64,000 bases of DNA from Octopus vulgaris (Eukaryota), in NCBI GenBank assembly GCA_951406725.2, contig OX597822.1:42966001-43030000 (forward strand), given 5' to 3'. Positions 1 to 14,721 of this stretch are shown piece after piece. Made by a program: the position numbers and the translations under genes. The notes under the pieces were generated by a model that was not told the DNA's origin, ran no database searches, and saw only the letters and a list, made by a program, of their open reading frames with translations. Numbering within the stretch: position 1 is the first letter of the stretch; every line of letters begins with the position of its first letter.

Positions 1-88
1 AGTGGATCAACAAACAAAACAAAATTATGTAACAATGCAAGGGAGGTAACTTTTAATATAACATTTTGCGTAGCCGTCTACTACTTTG

Positions 89-374
<286 letters not shown>

Positions 375-386
375 GAAGTAACAGAT

Positions 387-473
387 ATTTAGCTGAAGCA
401 ACAGAGTGACACTTTTCAAGTGCCAACGCACGAAACTCTCTGACCTTGAGTCACTCTGTTGCTTCTGCTAAAT
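387..473. repeat. 24-bp inverted repeat with 39-nt spacer, between (TA)n arrays
   Basis: ATTTAGCTGAAGCAACAGAGTGAC (387-410) matches the reverse complement of 450-473 at 23/24. Confidence 0.8.
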
Positions 474-558
474 GTTAATAAAGATATACATATACTCATA
501 TTTTAATTTCCGCCTTTCCTATTTGCATCATACATACATACATACATACATACATACA

Positions 559-711
<153 letters not shown>

Positions 712-733
712 GTAGTATATATATATATGTAGT

Positions 734-1053
734 GAAGGCGCATGGCTTAGTGGTTAGAGAGTCGAGCTTACGATCGGGAGGTTGTGAGCTCGAATCCCGG
801 ACCGGGCTGCGTGTTGTGTTCTTGAGCAAGATACTTTATTTCACGTTGCTCTAGTTAACTCAGCTGTAGAAATGAGTTGTGACATCACTGGTGCCAAGCT
901 GTATGGGCTCCTTTGCCTTTCCCTTGGATAAAACTGGTGGCGTGGAGAGGGGAGGCTGGTATGCATGGCGACTGCTGGTATTCCATAAACAACCTTGCCC
1001 GGACTTGTGCCTCAGAGGGTAACTTTCTAGGTGTCGTGACCGAAGTGGGTCTC
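734..1053 (+). mobile_element. tRNA-derived SINE, family C (CORE-like central domain)
   Basis: A box TGGCTTAGTGG, B-box-like GCTCGAATCC, CORE-like TGTGTTCTTGAGCAAGATACTT...CAGCTGTAGAAATG; close inverted copy at 8194-8526. Confidence 0.85.
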
Positions 1054-1067
1054 AGAATGCATATATA

Positions 1068-1268
1068 GGGAAAATTCACAACAAAAAACAACAACAAAAG
1101 ACGAAGACAGATGGTGTAGACAACAAATGAAAAATATAACAGATGTATTGCTGGGGAAGTAAAAAAGTCTTTAACGTTACGCGCTACGATCTTCCACAGA
1201 AAGGAACACAAAAAGAAACAAGGAGAGAAATTAAAGAATGTGTAGTGGCTAGCGATCTATCATCATGA
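1068..1268 (-). mobile_element. Short (TA)n-embedded repeat, Penelope-pLTR/retrozyme-like, with degenerate hammerhead
   Basis: Homologous to 59227-59381 and 44180-44227; degenerate CTGTGGA..CGTAACGTTA core on the minus strand. Confidence 0.5.
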
Positions 1269-1284
1269 ATGTGTGTATATATAC

Positions 1285-1332
<48 letters not shown>

Positions 1333-1429
1333 GTATATATATATTTATACATATATATACATATGTATATATATATTTATACATATATATACATATGTAT
1401 ATATATACATATGTATATATATACATATG

Positions 1430-1474
<45 letters not shown>

Positions 1475-1552
1475 TAGACCCCCTTCGGTCATGAGTGACC
1501 ATGGGTTTGCACCTAGAGAGTTACCCTCTATATATATACATATATATATATA

Positions 1553-1745
1553 AAGTTAATCCAAACAAGAAAGCACAAAAAAACACAACAGCACGAGGAC
1601 GTGGAACAAATATAGTATTATTGGACGCTCACGAAAGAAGGAGGTTCTAACGTTTCGAGCGGATCTCTCCGTCGGAAACATAGGAGAAGGAAAGACCCAG
1701 AGAAGGGAAGACAGAGGAAAAAAATCGCCAACGGTACACACGATG

Positions 1746-1748
<3 letters not shown>
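1553..1748 (-). mobile_element. Short (TA)n-embedded Penelope-like remnant
   Basis: ACGTTTCGAGC..CTCTCCGTCGG (degenerate hammerhead on minus), flanked by (TA)n on both sides. Confidence 0.45.
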
Positions 1749-1809
<61 letters not shown>

Positions 1810-1816
1810 GTATATA

Positions 1817-1953
<137 letters not shown>

Positions 1954-2196
1954 CACATATATTTATATATTTCTCGGAGATAAAGGGGCGAAACTACAAG
2001 GACTTCGACTGATGAGCTAATCGGCTGCGAATGATCCGTGTATTTTGTTTTTGTCCTCCTTGCCGTTTGTCGTGCTATCGTCCATTTTCCTGCCTGCTAT
2101 GTTTAGTTGGTTTCCATTTGTTGTGTTCTTTCTGTTCCACCTTTGATATATATATATATATATATATACATACATATATACATACACACACACACA

Positions 2197-2230
<34 letters not shown>

Positions 2231-2299
2231 GATACTGCTTTATCATAAGACATGAAAATTTGCTAAAATCATTCATATCCGAAGGAGCCGCTATTCTTT

Positions 2300-3240
2300 A
2301 AGAAGAGTATATGTAGATGATATCACAAATGTAATCAAATTCAGTCGAATAAAAATATTCACAGATGATTGTAAGCTCCAGAAACTTATCAACAGAGAAA
2401 AAAAATGTCTGAATAACATAAGATATTGTAAGATAATGATCGGAAAATAAAAATATGTTGCAAAACGAGGGAAAATTTGACATACTGCGCATTGGAAAAG
2501 AGGATGTGCTATAATAACTACACTCTCTGATGGAATCTAACAACAGTTAGCAAGGAGCGAAATGTAATTGTTAACGAGATCCTCAGTTGGATCGCCTGCA
2601 TTAACAATATAGTTGATTCGTCGGATCTTTTCGGTTTGAACGGCAGTTTTTTTACAAATAATTTCCACGTAACTAAACACTTTTAAACTTCGTATACTGG
2701 TAGAATGTGTTTATAAAACATCTTTTTCTCTTCGCTTTATTGAGAAAATTCTATAGTTTGTAAGATATTTGTTGTTTTTTTCTTCAATTTTTGCAATTTC
2801 AACCAATCAATGACCGTCTATTGGGGTGAAAACACTCTGTGCCGTATGAAAATGTCCCTTGTTTAAGAAACAGATTGGGTTTATTTACATTTCTGACGAA
2901 AAAAGATACCCCTCCCCCACCCCTAACCCTAACCCTAACTCTAACCCTAACCTTAAAATAGATTGAAATGCAATAGATCGATACTAGGGTCATAATTATG
3001 GGTGACAATTTCATGACACCGCTAGAAAAAACTGCCGTTCAAACCGAAAAGATCCGATTCGTCTCGCTGTATGAACTCCTGGATCCGCAGAAATTTCCGA
3101 TCGAGGGAGTCAGATGTCACATACTTCGTTTTTTTCCTTGTGCAGTCCTACATAGAATACCACTGTCTTCTGTGATTTCTCATACTAGAACAGAATCTTA
3201 TGAGATCTGAAGCATTCCAGAGAGCAATTACAATCACTAT
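2300..3240 (+). mobile_element. Decayed CR1/L2-group LINE RT fragment, split by a MITE
   Basis: Translates YVDDITNVIKFSRIKIFTDDCKL (FADD-type motif); resumes after 3063 with WIRRNFRSRE, typical of the post-RT region. Confidence 0.65.
2623..3055. mobile_element. MITE with 30-bp perfect TIRs, 8-bp TSD and internal (CCCTAA)n
   Basis: TIR GGATCTTTTCGGTTTGAACGGCAGTTTTTT at both ends; TSD GATTCGTC at 2615-2622 and 3056-3063. Confidence 0.92.
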
Positions 3241-3479
3241 AAAATAAATTGTATAACAGGCATTGATTATTAGGGCCGCCTCAAAACAATCAAACTTTAT
3301 TCCATCGAAATCCGCTGTAAGCGTTACATCATTTGCACAACGTGGAAAATATACCAACAGCTTTGTCCAGACGATCTCCATATCACGTCACGTGCTATAC
3401 GTCTCTTACTAGAACCAAACCCACAGTCAATATATTGCTGCACAACTACTTTTGGCGCATCCCGAAACAAATCAACTAA

Positions 3480-3893
3480 GGGAAAAAAGACCCCTCAATC
3501 TGAAAACAGTTTCGAGTTCAATTCCAGTGCGGGGCACCTTAGTGAAGTGGGTTCTACTATAACCCTGGGCCGACCAAAGCCTTGTGAGAATTTGGTAGAT
3601 GGAAACTGAAAGAAGCCCGTCGTACTCACAAACACACACACGCACCCACACAAACACACAGACACACGGACACACAGATACACACACGTGTGTATGGGTG
3701 TTTTCACCACTGCTTAACGTGTTGGCTTGTTTACGTCCCTGTAACTTAACGGTTCAGCAAAAGAGACCTATAGAATAATTACCAGATTTTCAAAATAAAT
3801 GCTGAAGTCGATTTGTTCGACTAAACCCTTCAAGACAATGCTCCAGCATAGGCGCAGTCCAATGACTAAAATAAATAAAGAAAATAAAAAAAG
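3480..3893 (+). mobile_element. SINE family A (tRNA-like head, internal microsatellite, CCAGCATGGCCGCAGTC-type tail), diverged copy
   Basis: Aligns with copies at 16219, 42720, 47832 and 61872; a partial inverted copy follows at ~4125-4240. Confidence 0.8.
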
Positions 3894-3997
3894 ATCAACG
3901 TGAAACACAGTCGTGCTTTCTCCATAACAATGGGGAAAAGCAGTAAAAGCGGTTCCCCATATATTTGTGTAAGAAAGAATCTAGTCCGGTGCTTGAA

Positions 3998-4063
<66 letters not shown>

Positions 4064-4263
4064 ACACACACACGCGCATACACACACACACACACACACA
4101 CACATACATACACACGAAATCGGCTTCAAGACTTATTTTGAAAATCTGGTGCTTATTCGATAGGTCTCTTTACTGGACCGCTAAGATACAGGGGCGTAAA
4201 CAAACCAACCCAGATTGTTAAGCGGTGGTGGAAACAAACAGAGAGAGAGAAAGATAGATAGAT

Positions 4264-4307
<44 letters not shown>

Positions 4308-4468
4308 CAACATCATTTCATTGCATGTTCAGTATCCTATCAATGCTTGTCACACTTGAATATGTTTTTATCAAATTCCCAGCAATGTGAAAAAACAAAC
4401 CTAAGCAGTTTGATACAAATGTTTTTTTTTGTCCATAGTCTGTGTGTCTGTTTGTTTGTCTATTTCTG

Positions 4469-4469
<1 letters not shown>

Positions 4470-4504
<35 letters not shown>

Positions 4505-5510
4505 TATGTATGTATGTATGTATGTATGTATGTATGTATGTATGTATGTATGTATGTATGTATGTATGTGTGTGTGTATGTATGTATGTATGTATGTATG
4601 TATGAATAGAAGTATGTATATGTGTTTCTGTGTATGTATGTATGAATGGAAGTATGTATATGTGTTTCTGTGTATGTATGTCTGTATGCATTTTTGTATG
4701 TATGTATGTATGTATGTATGTATGTATGTATGTATGTATGTATGTTTGTATGTATGTATGTGTGTGTATGTATGTGGATATGTATGTACGTATAAGTGGA
4801 AGTATGTATGTATGTATGTATGTATGTATGTATGTATGTATATATATGTATGTGTGTATGTATGTATGTATATATGTATACATATGTATGTGTGTATGTA
4901 TGTATGTATGTATATATGTATACATATGTATGTGTGTGTATTTATGAATGAATGGAAGTATGTATGTATGCATGTATGTATCTATGTATGTATGTATGAA
5001 TGGAAGTATGTATGTGTGTGTGTTTGTGTATATATGAATTGAAGTATGTATGTATAAGCATAATACACATGCATACATATATACGCACATGTACGTATGC
5101 ACACACATATGTATACAAAAGCACACGCTCACATACTGAAACATATGCACGCACACATGCAAATATACGTACACCGCGCACACACGCGCACACACACACG
5201 CACAGAAACACATCTATTGACATACATACGCACATACATACACACAAACATATATCCAAACATACATACATACATACACATACATATATGCATCTATTGA
5301 CATACGCACATACATACATACAAATATGCGTACATGCATAAATACATACATAAGTACATACAGTTATACGTACATATATACGTCATACATATGTACATAC
5401 ATACAAACATACGTACGTACATACATACATACATACATACGTACGTACATACATACATACATACATACATACATACGTACGTACATACATACATACATAC
5501 ATACATACAT

Positions 5511-5580
<70 letters not shown>
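4470..5580. repeat. Large (TG)n/(TATG)n then (CATA)n/(CA)n microsatellite field
   Basis: Read directly from the sequence. Confidence 0.9.
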
Positions 5581-5721
5581 CATTAGTCAATATAATGTCA
5601 AAACTTTTTTTAATTCGCTGCGTTTTTCCTGAAAAATAAATTTTATTGAAACTGCACAATAATGGAGTTTATTTGAAATAAAAGTGCTTTGAAATAAAGT
5701 CTCATAACTTCTGCCGTTTTT

Positions 5722-6135
5722 TATATCTTATAAATCTGGAGGAAGGGACAGAGCCCCTGGCCCATGCATGCCCTCCGTGAGTCATGAGCTCGGCGCCATC
5801 AATGTTCTGCTTAAACTGTTGAACGTCAAAGCTAGCAGGAAAGACATGATCAGAAAGAAGGGTTCCGGGAGGTGGGTTGTTGATGTTATGGGGATGAAGG
5901 ATTGAGCATATTGGTTGGTGCAGAGAAAGGGAAGGAGGACGGTGGAGGAACCAAGTGTGCCGCGAGGTGGACAGATGTACGTGGTAGCGGTACGAAACTA
6001 GGCAGTAACGAGGATATTGATGTAGTCCAGGTATTGCAGAGAAAAGAAAATCCGGTTTGAAGAGTGTTGCAGAAAGTAGCAAACAGGGGTGACATGAAGA
6101 GAGTAAGACTGACAAAGTAGAGGTGATGAAAGAAC
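5722..6135 (-). mobile_element. 3' end of a CR1/Jockey-group LINE
   Basis: Minus strand reads ...QYAQSFIP...DHVFPASFDVQQFKQNI, typical of ORF2 C-termini, then a short 3'UTR and A-rich end. Confidence 0.55.
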
Positions 6136-6857
6136 ATGATGAGAGATGAGTTGAGTGAATAATGAAAGTTAGTTATTTCGGGGCTATTTCATCGGGTTAG
6201 AAGCCATTTTTGTTAAGGAAGAAGAGAAACTGTGAGAAGATAATGTGTGGAAGACGGTCGCTGTTATTTATTTAATCCAGAAGTAAATTATCCAAAGTGT
6301 TATTTGGGATGGGGTTTGAAGGGAATTTAATGTGCTATTTCTAGCAGACTGAGTGACAATATAGAGGCTCATCCCCATTAATTCATCTCTGAGACATGTG
6401 GTGTGTGTGTGTTAGTAAGCAGAGATCTTCATTGATGATAACGTCGAGAATTTGAAGCGATCCTGAGATTTCTACTGGCGTGATGCTCATGTTAATAGAT
6501 TTAGAACGAGATGCATCGACACTTGGTACGTTAGTACGATCTGATGAGAGACTGCCGATCTACGAGACGAAAGATGGATGGAGCTCATAAGTAGTTTTGA
6601 CAAGAGATTTGCATGTTACAGGTTGTCGAAAGTGCGGCTTTTAACGAATTTTTCGTCGGAGTGAGACCATTGGCGAGTGTTATAGAAGAGAAGACCATTA
6701 GGAAAACTGTACTTGTGGCTCTTAAGAAAGGAGGAATTTGGAAGATATTGAAGAAAATTGTTGTTATAGGGTACCAACCTTCAGCTGGTGAAAGTATAAA
6801 TTTCTTATGATTTGCCAAGAAAGAATCAATTACAGAACTCAATATGTATACTGACGG

Positions 6858-7283
<426 letters not shown>

Positions 7284-7586
7284 TCTTTTATCTTTTATCT
7301 TTTACTTGGTTCAGTCATTAGACTGCGGCCATATATATATATATACATATATAAAGAGGGGATGTATTTCCAAGTAGGAAAAAATATAGACAAATTTGTT
7401 GTTGAAAGTGAATGCACCTAATTTTGAAAACCTTGTAATTGTTTAAAATAAATTTAATTTTAAATTCTTACCATTGATAAGCAAAAAAATATTATTGAAA
7501 CTAGTTTGGTATATATGTAAATAAATGTATTTTAAAAACAATTACAAGTTTTTCAAAATTAGGTGCATTTTCAACGACAAATTTGC

Positions 7587-7647
<61 letters not shown>

Positions 7648-7971
7648 TATAGGCTGAGGTTATTTTATTTCAGTCTGTATTTAAGTCTGCAGAAACTTTG
7701 CAGGGTCTAGGATTAAGGTAAAAGTTTTTATTTTCCAATCACTTTGGGAATTACAACAATTGGTGGCTTGGAGTTTTAACTGCTCTTTCTAGCGAGTCAG
7801 ATATCCTATTCTTCGGGTATCTCTTTTGTGTTTGAACGTACACTGTATTCTTCTTTGAATAATATATAGTCTATTGACTAATTTTTTCTTTCTCGCTAGA
7901 CCACTGGTAACTAAGAATTTTTCTATGAATATTCTTGCTACCCTAAGATTTTAATTAATGATAAAATGTTT

Positions 7972-8042
<71 letters not shown>

Positions 8043-8193
8043 GTAAGTGTGTGAGCGTGTATGAAGGATTAATCATTACATTTGGTAGAGCACAAATTTA
8101 TTCCTTAACAAGAACAGAATTGACTATGACTTCAAAGTTTCTGCTAGCTGAGCCATCATGAAACCATTAAAGAATATTAAAGAATAAAAGTAA

Positions 8194-8526
8194 AGACCTC
8201 CTTCGGTCATGAATGACCATGGGATTGCACCTAGAAAGTTACCCTCCAAGACACAAGTCCGGGCAAGGTTGTTTATGGAAGACCGGCAGTCGCCCATGCA
8301 TACCAGCCTCCCCTCTCCACGCCACCAGTGTTATCCAAGGGAAAGACAAAGGTCGATACAGCTTGGCACCAGTGACGTCGCAACTCATTTCTACAGCTGA
8401 GTGAACTGGAGCAACGTGAAATAAAGTGCTTTGCTCAAGAACACAACACGCAGCCCGGTCCGGGATTCGAGCTCACAACCTCCCGATCGTAAGCTCGACG
8501 CTCTAACCACTGAGCCATGCGCCTTC
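8194..8526 (-). mobile_element. SINE family C, full-length
   Basis: Reverse complement closely matches 734-1053. Confidence 0.85.
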
Positions 8527-8535
8527 ACATTAAAG

Positions 8536-8685
<150 letters not shown>

Positions 8686-9966
8686 GTTGATAGATAGAGA
8701 AAGAGAGAGAGAGCTATAGATACATATGTATATATGTATTCACTCTTACTCTTAATTTTTAGCTCGTTTTTAACTGAGTACATCGGTTGCAAGTAAGGAC
8801 TGGCCACCAAGGTTGTAAAGAAAAGGAAATTGACAGCGATTTTTGTGTAAATGTTCATCTTTTGAATCATAAGAGAATTTTACAAATTTTGATAGCTTCA
8901 GATATGGCAGACATTTGTAGCTTATGAATTAAGTAGCTATGTATGTATGTATGTATGTATGTATGTATGTATGTATGTATGTATGTATGTATGTATGTAT
9001 GTATGTATGTATGTATGTATATGTATGTATGCATGCATGCATGCATGCATGCATGCATGTATGTATGTGTCGGTGAAGGGAGTCAGATAAATCGGTATAC
9101 CAAACTAAAATACCTTGTGATATTTAGTCCGTGGGTTTCGCCATTTGGTATATAGAAGTCGATAAAAGAAGTGGGGTTAATAAAATCGACTAAAATCCAT
9201 CCCCTCCACTCCGAAGTTAATACTTCAGCATTGTTGCATTCCAATAACTGAAAGCAGTAAGGAAATTGTTATTCTCATGTAAGAAATAGAACAACAATAT
9301 GATGGATATTAACATTTTAATTATGTCTTTTACACATTTGATTTTTTTTATTTGATGTCACAAAAATTAATTATAATTATCAATAAAACCGATCTTACAC
9401 TTTCAATCATTTCTGTTGTATTTTGTCACTTTGATAAAGAGAAAGAATATTATCAAAAGAGCAGACGATAATGTCAGCCATTTTAGCTCATAATACAAGT
9501 GTTTTAATACTGAGAAAATATCATCAATAAAACAGACAGCTTGCTTTGTAACTTCACTCTTAAATTTCATTGCAATTCCACTAGCTATCGAGGTAGTCTA
9601 TACATTATCACTCGACCTGTTAGAAATAGCAGACAAATATCTCTCAAAGCATATCTGTGTGGTTTAGGTATCATCTTCCCTTAGCCTCAACATAGTTTTG
9701 GGTACGATCTCACAGCGTGGCACCTTCATCAAGTGTTTTATAGCTAATTTTCTGTTCGACCAAAAGAAAGGCACTTGTGCGTGTAATTTGGTGGATGGAA
9801 ATTGTGCGGTAATCAACAAGAGAGACTGCTTCAGTCTTTGGGTGACATATTTAATCTAGTCATTTGTTTAACACAACCACGTGACGTTTGAGTGTCTATC
9901 GGTGTTCTGTCTGATGTAGGCGTTCAGGCCAAATCACTGATCTAAATATAACTTCTTTTCATCAGT

Positions 9967-10022
9967 CTAGTCATTGCAGAGGGGACCTCTGTAAAGGATC
10001 ACGGGCGCTGCTCCTTCATCAT
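9967..10022 (-). CDS. Predicted terminal coding exon of the host gene ((D)DEGAAPVILYRGPLCND*)
   Basis: Acceptor TTTTTGTCTTTGTTTTCCTTTTCATGACGTAG|; phase 1 matches the donor at 10921 in the Ser/Gly frame; candidate AATAAA at 9352-9347. Confidence 0.55.
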
Positions 10023-10340
10023 CTACGTCATGAAAAGGAAAACAAAGACAAAAATACAGTCACATACGCACACACACACACACGCAAAAGCTACGTTAAT
10101 GTAGTTCAAAATCTCCGAACACAGATGAGATGGTCACGATTAGAGCGTATTTGATCATAGGGCCGTTTGATCAAGGCTGGCTTGGAACTTAGCAACAGAT
10201 GCATGATTTTGTGATGTTTCATCAAAATATCGACCAATAAAAAACAAAAACAAAAGGAGAATTGAAAATAAAAGCCATTCTCCATTGAAGGAAGGTTATT
10301 CAACTGAGCAGACGACACGCTTTTTAATATACACACACTC

Positions 10341-10375
<35 letters not shown>

Positions 10376-10510
10376 CACAAATATATATATACATAAATGT
10401 ATATGTCTATATATATATCTATATATATGTATATATGTACATTGTCATATATATACATATATATGTATATATACGCAATGCTTATATCTATCTATCTATA
10501 TATGTACATA

Positions 10511-10547
<37 letters not shown>

Positions 10548-10582
10548 CTGTCTTCGTCTGTCTCTCTAGTGCTGTATATATC

Positions 10583-10699
10583 TTTCGGGGTCGATAAATT
10601 AAGTACCAGTTACACAATGGGGTTGATGTAATCGACTTAATCCCTTTGTCTGTCCTTGTTTGTACACTCTACGTTTAACCGCTTGTGGGTAGTAAAGAA

Positions 10700-10700
<1 letters not shown>
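10583..10700 (+). mobile_element. SINE family B, 3' half with X-type tail
   Basis: CTTTCGGGGTCGATAAATTAAGTACC...CTTGTGGGTAGTAAAGAAATA. Confidence 0.75.
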
Positions 10701-10770
<70 letters not shown>

Positions 10771-10920
10771 CATGTGTGTATACATGTGTGCATATATGTA
10801 TACATACATATTTTCAACTTTGGCCCTTACTGTCCGTGTTTCTAAACTCGCATTGGTATCTCAGCCTTCCACCCTTCTACCCCTCTGCCTTCTTCTCAAC
10901 CTCCACCTCCTCTTCCTTAC

Positions 10921-11217
10921 CTTCCTCGCAATGGTCACTACTGCTACATGTGCTACAGGTATTGGTCGGTGTATCAAAAGCACTACTACTAACATCTTCA
11001 CCACCACTACCGCCATGATCCCCGTCACCACCGCCACCACTACTATTGTCACCACCACCACCACCACCGTCGCCGCCGCCATCACCGCCGCCACCACCAC
11101 CACTACTAACACAATTAATTTTTTTACTTTTACAAACACTACTACTACTGCTACTACTACTACTACAAAGGCCACAACTAATACTATCAATACTATTACT
11201 TTTATTATTATTACACT

Positions 11218-11262
<45 letters not shown>

Positions 11263-11268
11263 CACTAC

Positions 11269-11299
<31 letters not shown>

Positions 11300-11348
11300 T
11301 TACTACAACAACTACTACTACTGCTGCTGCTTTTATTTTTAATTTCCT

Positions 11349-11425
<77 letters not shown>

Positions 11426-12315
11426 CTGTTGCTGCTGCTGTTGCCGTCATCACCGGCATCCTGTTGACTTCGACGCTTGGTACTCCTAAAACTAGCATGC
11501 TTAACCACTCTACTACTACCAGCACCACCATCACTACTACTGCTGCTGCTGCTACTACTATTACTACTACTACTACTTCTACTACTACTATTACTACTAC
11601 TACTCCTCCTACTACTGCGGATAATCAAAACATCGTCACCATTGACACCCCTTTGATGATTAACCCCCCCAATACCGCCACTACTGTGGTCACTACAACT
11701 GGAAGTGGTAGTTCTGCTGCTGCTGCTACTACTACTACTACTACTACTACTATTATTACTACTACTGCTGCTGCTACTACAACTACTACTGTTACTACGA
11801 CTGCTACTATCACCCCCATCAATACGACGACGACCACCGCCACCAGCAAAATGATCATATCTACTATGAATGCCATTACTAATATCACCATTGGTAACGC
11901 AATTACCACCACCATCGCTACTACCACCACTATGTTCCCGCTTAGTGACTTCTCTCTGATACTTCCCACCCTCTTTCAGTTTTATCACTCCCCTCCATGG
12001 GCCTTTCCTTGTTGGTTTCCCAGTCGTCTGTTTCTCAAGATCAGCTTTCCCGTGTAACTTGGCAAACGATTTCTTCTCTATTTTCCTGTTACTTTCAGCG
12101 ATCGCTTTTGCTTCCGCTTCCGCTTTGCTCGCCGCAGTTTTGACTGCATCCGCTATTGCTGATGTTATCGATGTGGTCGCCATTTCATTTGTTGACGTTT
12201 GTGTTTTCGCAGGTGCCTTTGTAGCTTTTGAAAATATTTTGGTTGTTATTTTCGACACGGGTGGCGTTGTTGTTACTGTTCTTTCGTTCGATCTTGTCAC
12301 CGTTGTTGTTTCTGT

Positions 12316-12347
<32 letters not shown>

Positions 12348-13488
12348 CGTTTGTTGTTGGTGTTTTTGGTAATATCGATAATGGTGGCGATGGTGGAGAA
12401 ACTAATGACGGTGAAATAAGACGTTTCGTATCTGAAGGATCGCATAGTCGCTGTTGTTGTTGTATTTGTTGTGTCTCTTGTAATTGAGGTTGTTGGTACA
12501 ATTGTGGTCGTGGTGTTTCTTTTGATCTGAGGAGTTTGGTGTCGTTGCCAAGAATTTCCAAATTTCTCTTCTTCTGACCACTGTTTCTCTGATCATTGTC
12601 TTCTAAAGATATATCAGAAGCAGAAATCGTATCCAAATCTGGATTGATTTCCTTGTCTAGATCTTTATTTGTATCTGGGCCAAGGAGAAAGTCTTTTAAT
12701 GCAGTCTCATGCTTTAAACAGGAACTCAATTCTGGATTGTTCGGTAGCTGGGTTACAATATCATTCTGTGCATCCGAACCGGACGGCGCTGTTTGTTTGT
12801 CGACAGTGTTCTTTACACTCACAACATCACCCGAATTAATGATATGAATGACGTCTTCGACAAAGTTATTTATTTTGTTTGTCATGAAATTTACTCTACC
12901 TTTGGGGGGAATTTTCGTATCACAATTCGTTTCGTAACTATCGCCGAGATTGATTTTCGGTTCAACTTTGGTTTGACCGCTTGTCTTTGGCTGCATCTGC
13001 GTATCTGTGTTTCTGTTGATAGATATGGCATCCCCGACTGCTTTCTCCGACTGCGACAGGACATCTGTCGGTAACATGGTCGATTCTTGGTCGCGTAGTA
13101 TGTCTTTTTTGAGCACATCTGATTCTCTGTCGTTGATTTTATCATCACATATGATTCTTTCATCGCGGTCGCCCTTAGTGTGGGTAGCATCATGGCCATC
13201 GCCCTTATCCTTTGTATCGTTACCACAAGACACATCAACGACCGTTGTTTCGCTGACAGTGCGACTAGAAACACTACTCGTGGCTGTATTTGCAGTGAAG
13301 TTCACCGCGTCTCCGGAATTATCCAAATTGCACAACTGATCAGACCCGTCTTTACTTCCTCCTTTCAACTCACTTTTCCTGTTTCTACTACATTTCAGAA
13401 GCCCACAGGCGATCGAATAATGACTGAGGTTAGAAACTGAATTGATCCGCGATGGATTCAACCGACGACAGCATAAACAGGAGCCCAT
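10921..13488 (-). CDS. Large exon of an uncharacterised, largely disordered protein with an N-terminal MGSCLCC lipidation-type motif
   Basis: About 540 codons of complex, non-repetitive open frame in AT-rich DNA; GAAATGG start context; donor GAAG|GTAAGG at 10921/10920; an apparent 1-nt deletion at 11268/11269 shifts Ser to Val. No domain recognised. Confidence 0.7.
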
Positions 13489-13886
13489 TTCACCTTATTT
13501 ACACACACACACATACACACACACAAACACGCACACACACAATATATATTGCTTTCATAAACTGATTATATTATTTCACATATATTGTTAAATATGTATA
13601 TATGTATATATACACACACACATATGTACATATATAAAATTGATTTATATTTTTCTAAATATACATTATCTATATATATATGATACATACATATTATCTG
13701 TATTTCATTAATGTTTATATATATTATACATTTGATATTGATCCCGTATCTTTTTCTAAATATTTTTTTTGTACTGATTGCACATAACTCGAAAACACAC
13801 ACATATATACAAATATAAGTTATACATAAAGTAGAAATAAATAATACAGATTACTTTCGTATTTGAGTATCTATCGTATGTATGGT

Positions 13887-13921
<35 letters not shown>

Positions 13922-14689
13922 GTCTATGCATACACTATTACATATATATATATGTGTATATATATGTATATGTAAATATATATGTATGTGTGTATGTTGT
14001 TACAATTGTTATATTTACTTTTCGTTTTTTTTTTCTTTCGTTATGTTTTGTTTTCGTCTTGTAATTTTAAAAATGGGAAAAAAAATTTTCCCTAGTTTCT
14101 TCAAATGTCATTGGTGCTGAACAACATATGTAATAATGATGATGATAATAATAATGTTAATAATAATAGTAACAATAATGATATAACATGACAATAGCAA
14201 TATTAATAATAATGATGTCAGCAGCAATATGCAACACAAGAAACAGCACTGTTCAGAAAAGAAGGTGTGCCTTCTATAATATTGCAAATATTAATATAAG
14301 ACAAAGAAGAAAAGCACCAGGAATTTTTAAGACACGGAGAACTGTGCTTGGTCGTATACCGAAAGCACGCAATGTAGATAAGAATACTTAAATCTAATAA
14401 TATTAATAATATTAATAATAATGATAATGATAAAGAAGAAAATGATGATAATAATAATAGGTAATTTCTGTCAAAGTTTGGGAACTGTTTGTAAGCAAAA
14501 ATGATACATGAAAGTAGTACAAGTCATCAAGTGAATATAATCATACGAATGATCCTGTTGATATAATTATGTAATTTGTGCATATAATTTCATATTACAA
14601 AATATATATTACACATATACATTTGCATATATACATGCATATGAATAAAACTATATGTCAATATGTATATATGTCAATTTATATATATG

Positions 14690-14721
<32 letters not shown>

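Noticed and set aside
734-810. SINE heads (also 8526, 48535, 51066, 53840) as tRNA genes
   Set aside because: They have no intact acceptor stem and continue into repeated SINE bodies.
2921-2952. (CCCTAA)n as a chromosome end or fusion scar
   Set aside because: It is short and lies inside a TIR/TSD-bounded MITE.
6541-6600. CTGATGA...CGAAA as a hammerhead
   Set aside because: Stems II and III do not pair.
6613-6810. 65-aa non-repetitive ORF
   Set aside because: No recognisable motif or splice context; possibly a decayed retroelement.
10861-11268. Poly-Val hydrophobic C-terminus of the 875-aa ORF as a transmembrane region
   Set aside because: Better explained as a frameshifted reading of (AGT/GGT)n after a 1-nt slip.
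10685-12487. Plus-strand Thr/Leu/Pro-rich mucin-like ORFs
   Set aside because: They are antisense shadows of the repeat-rich minus-strand exon.
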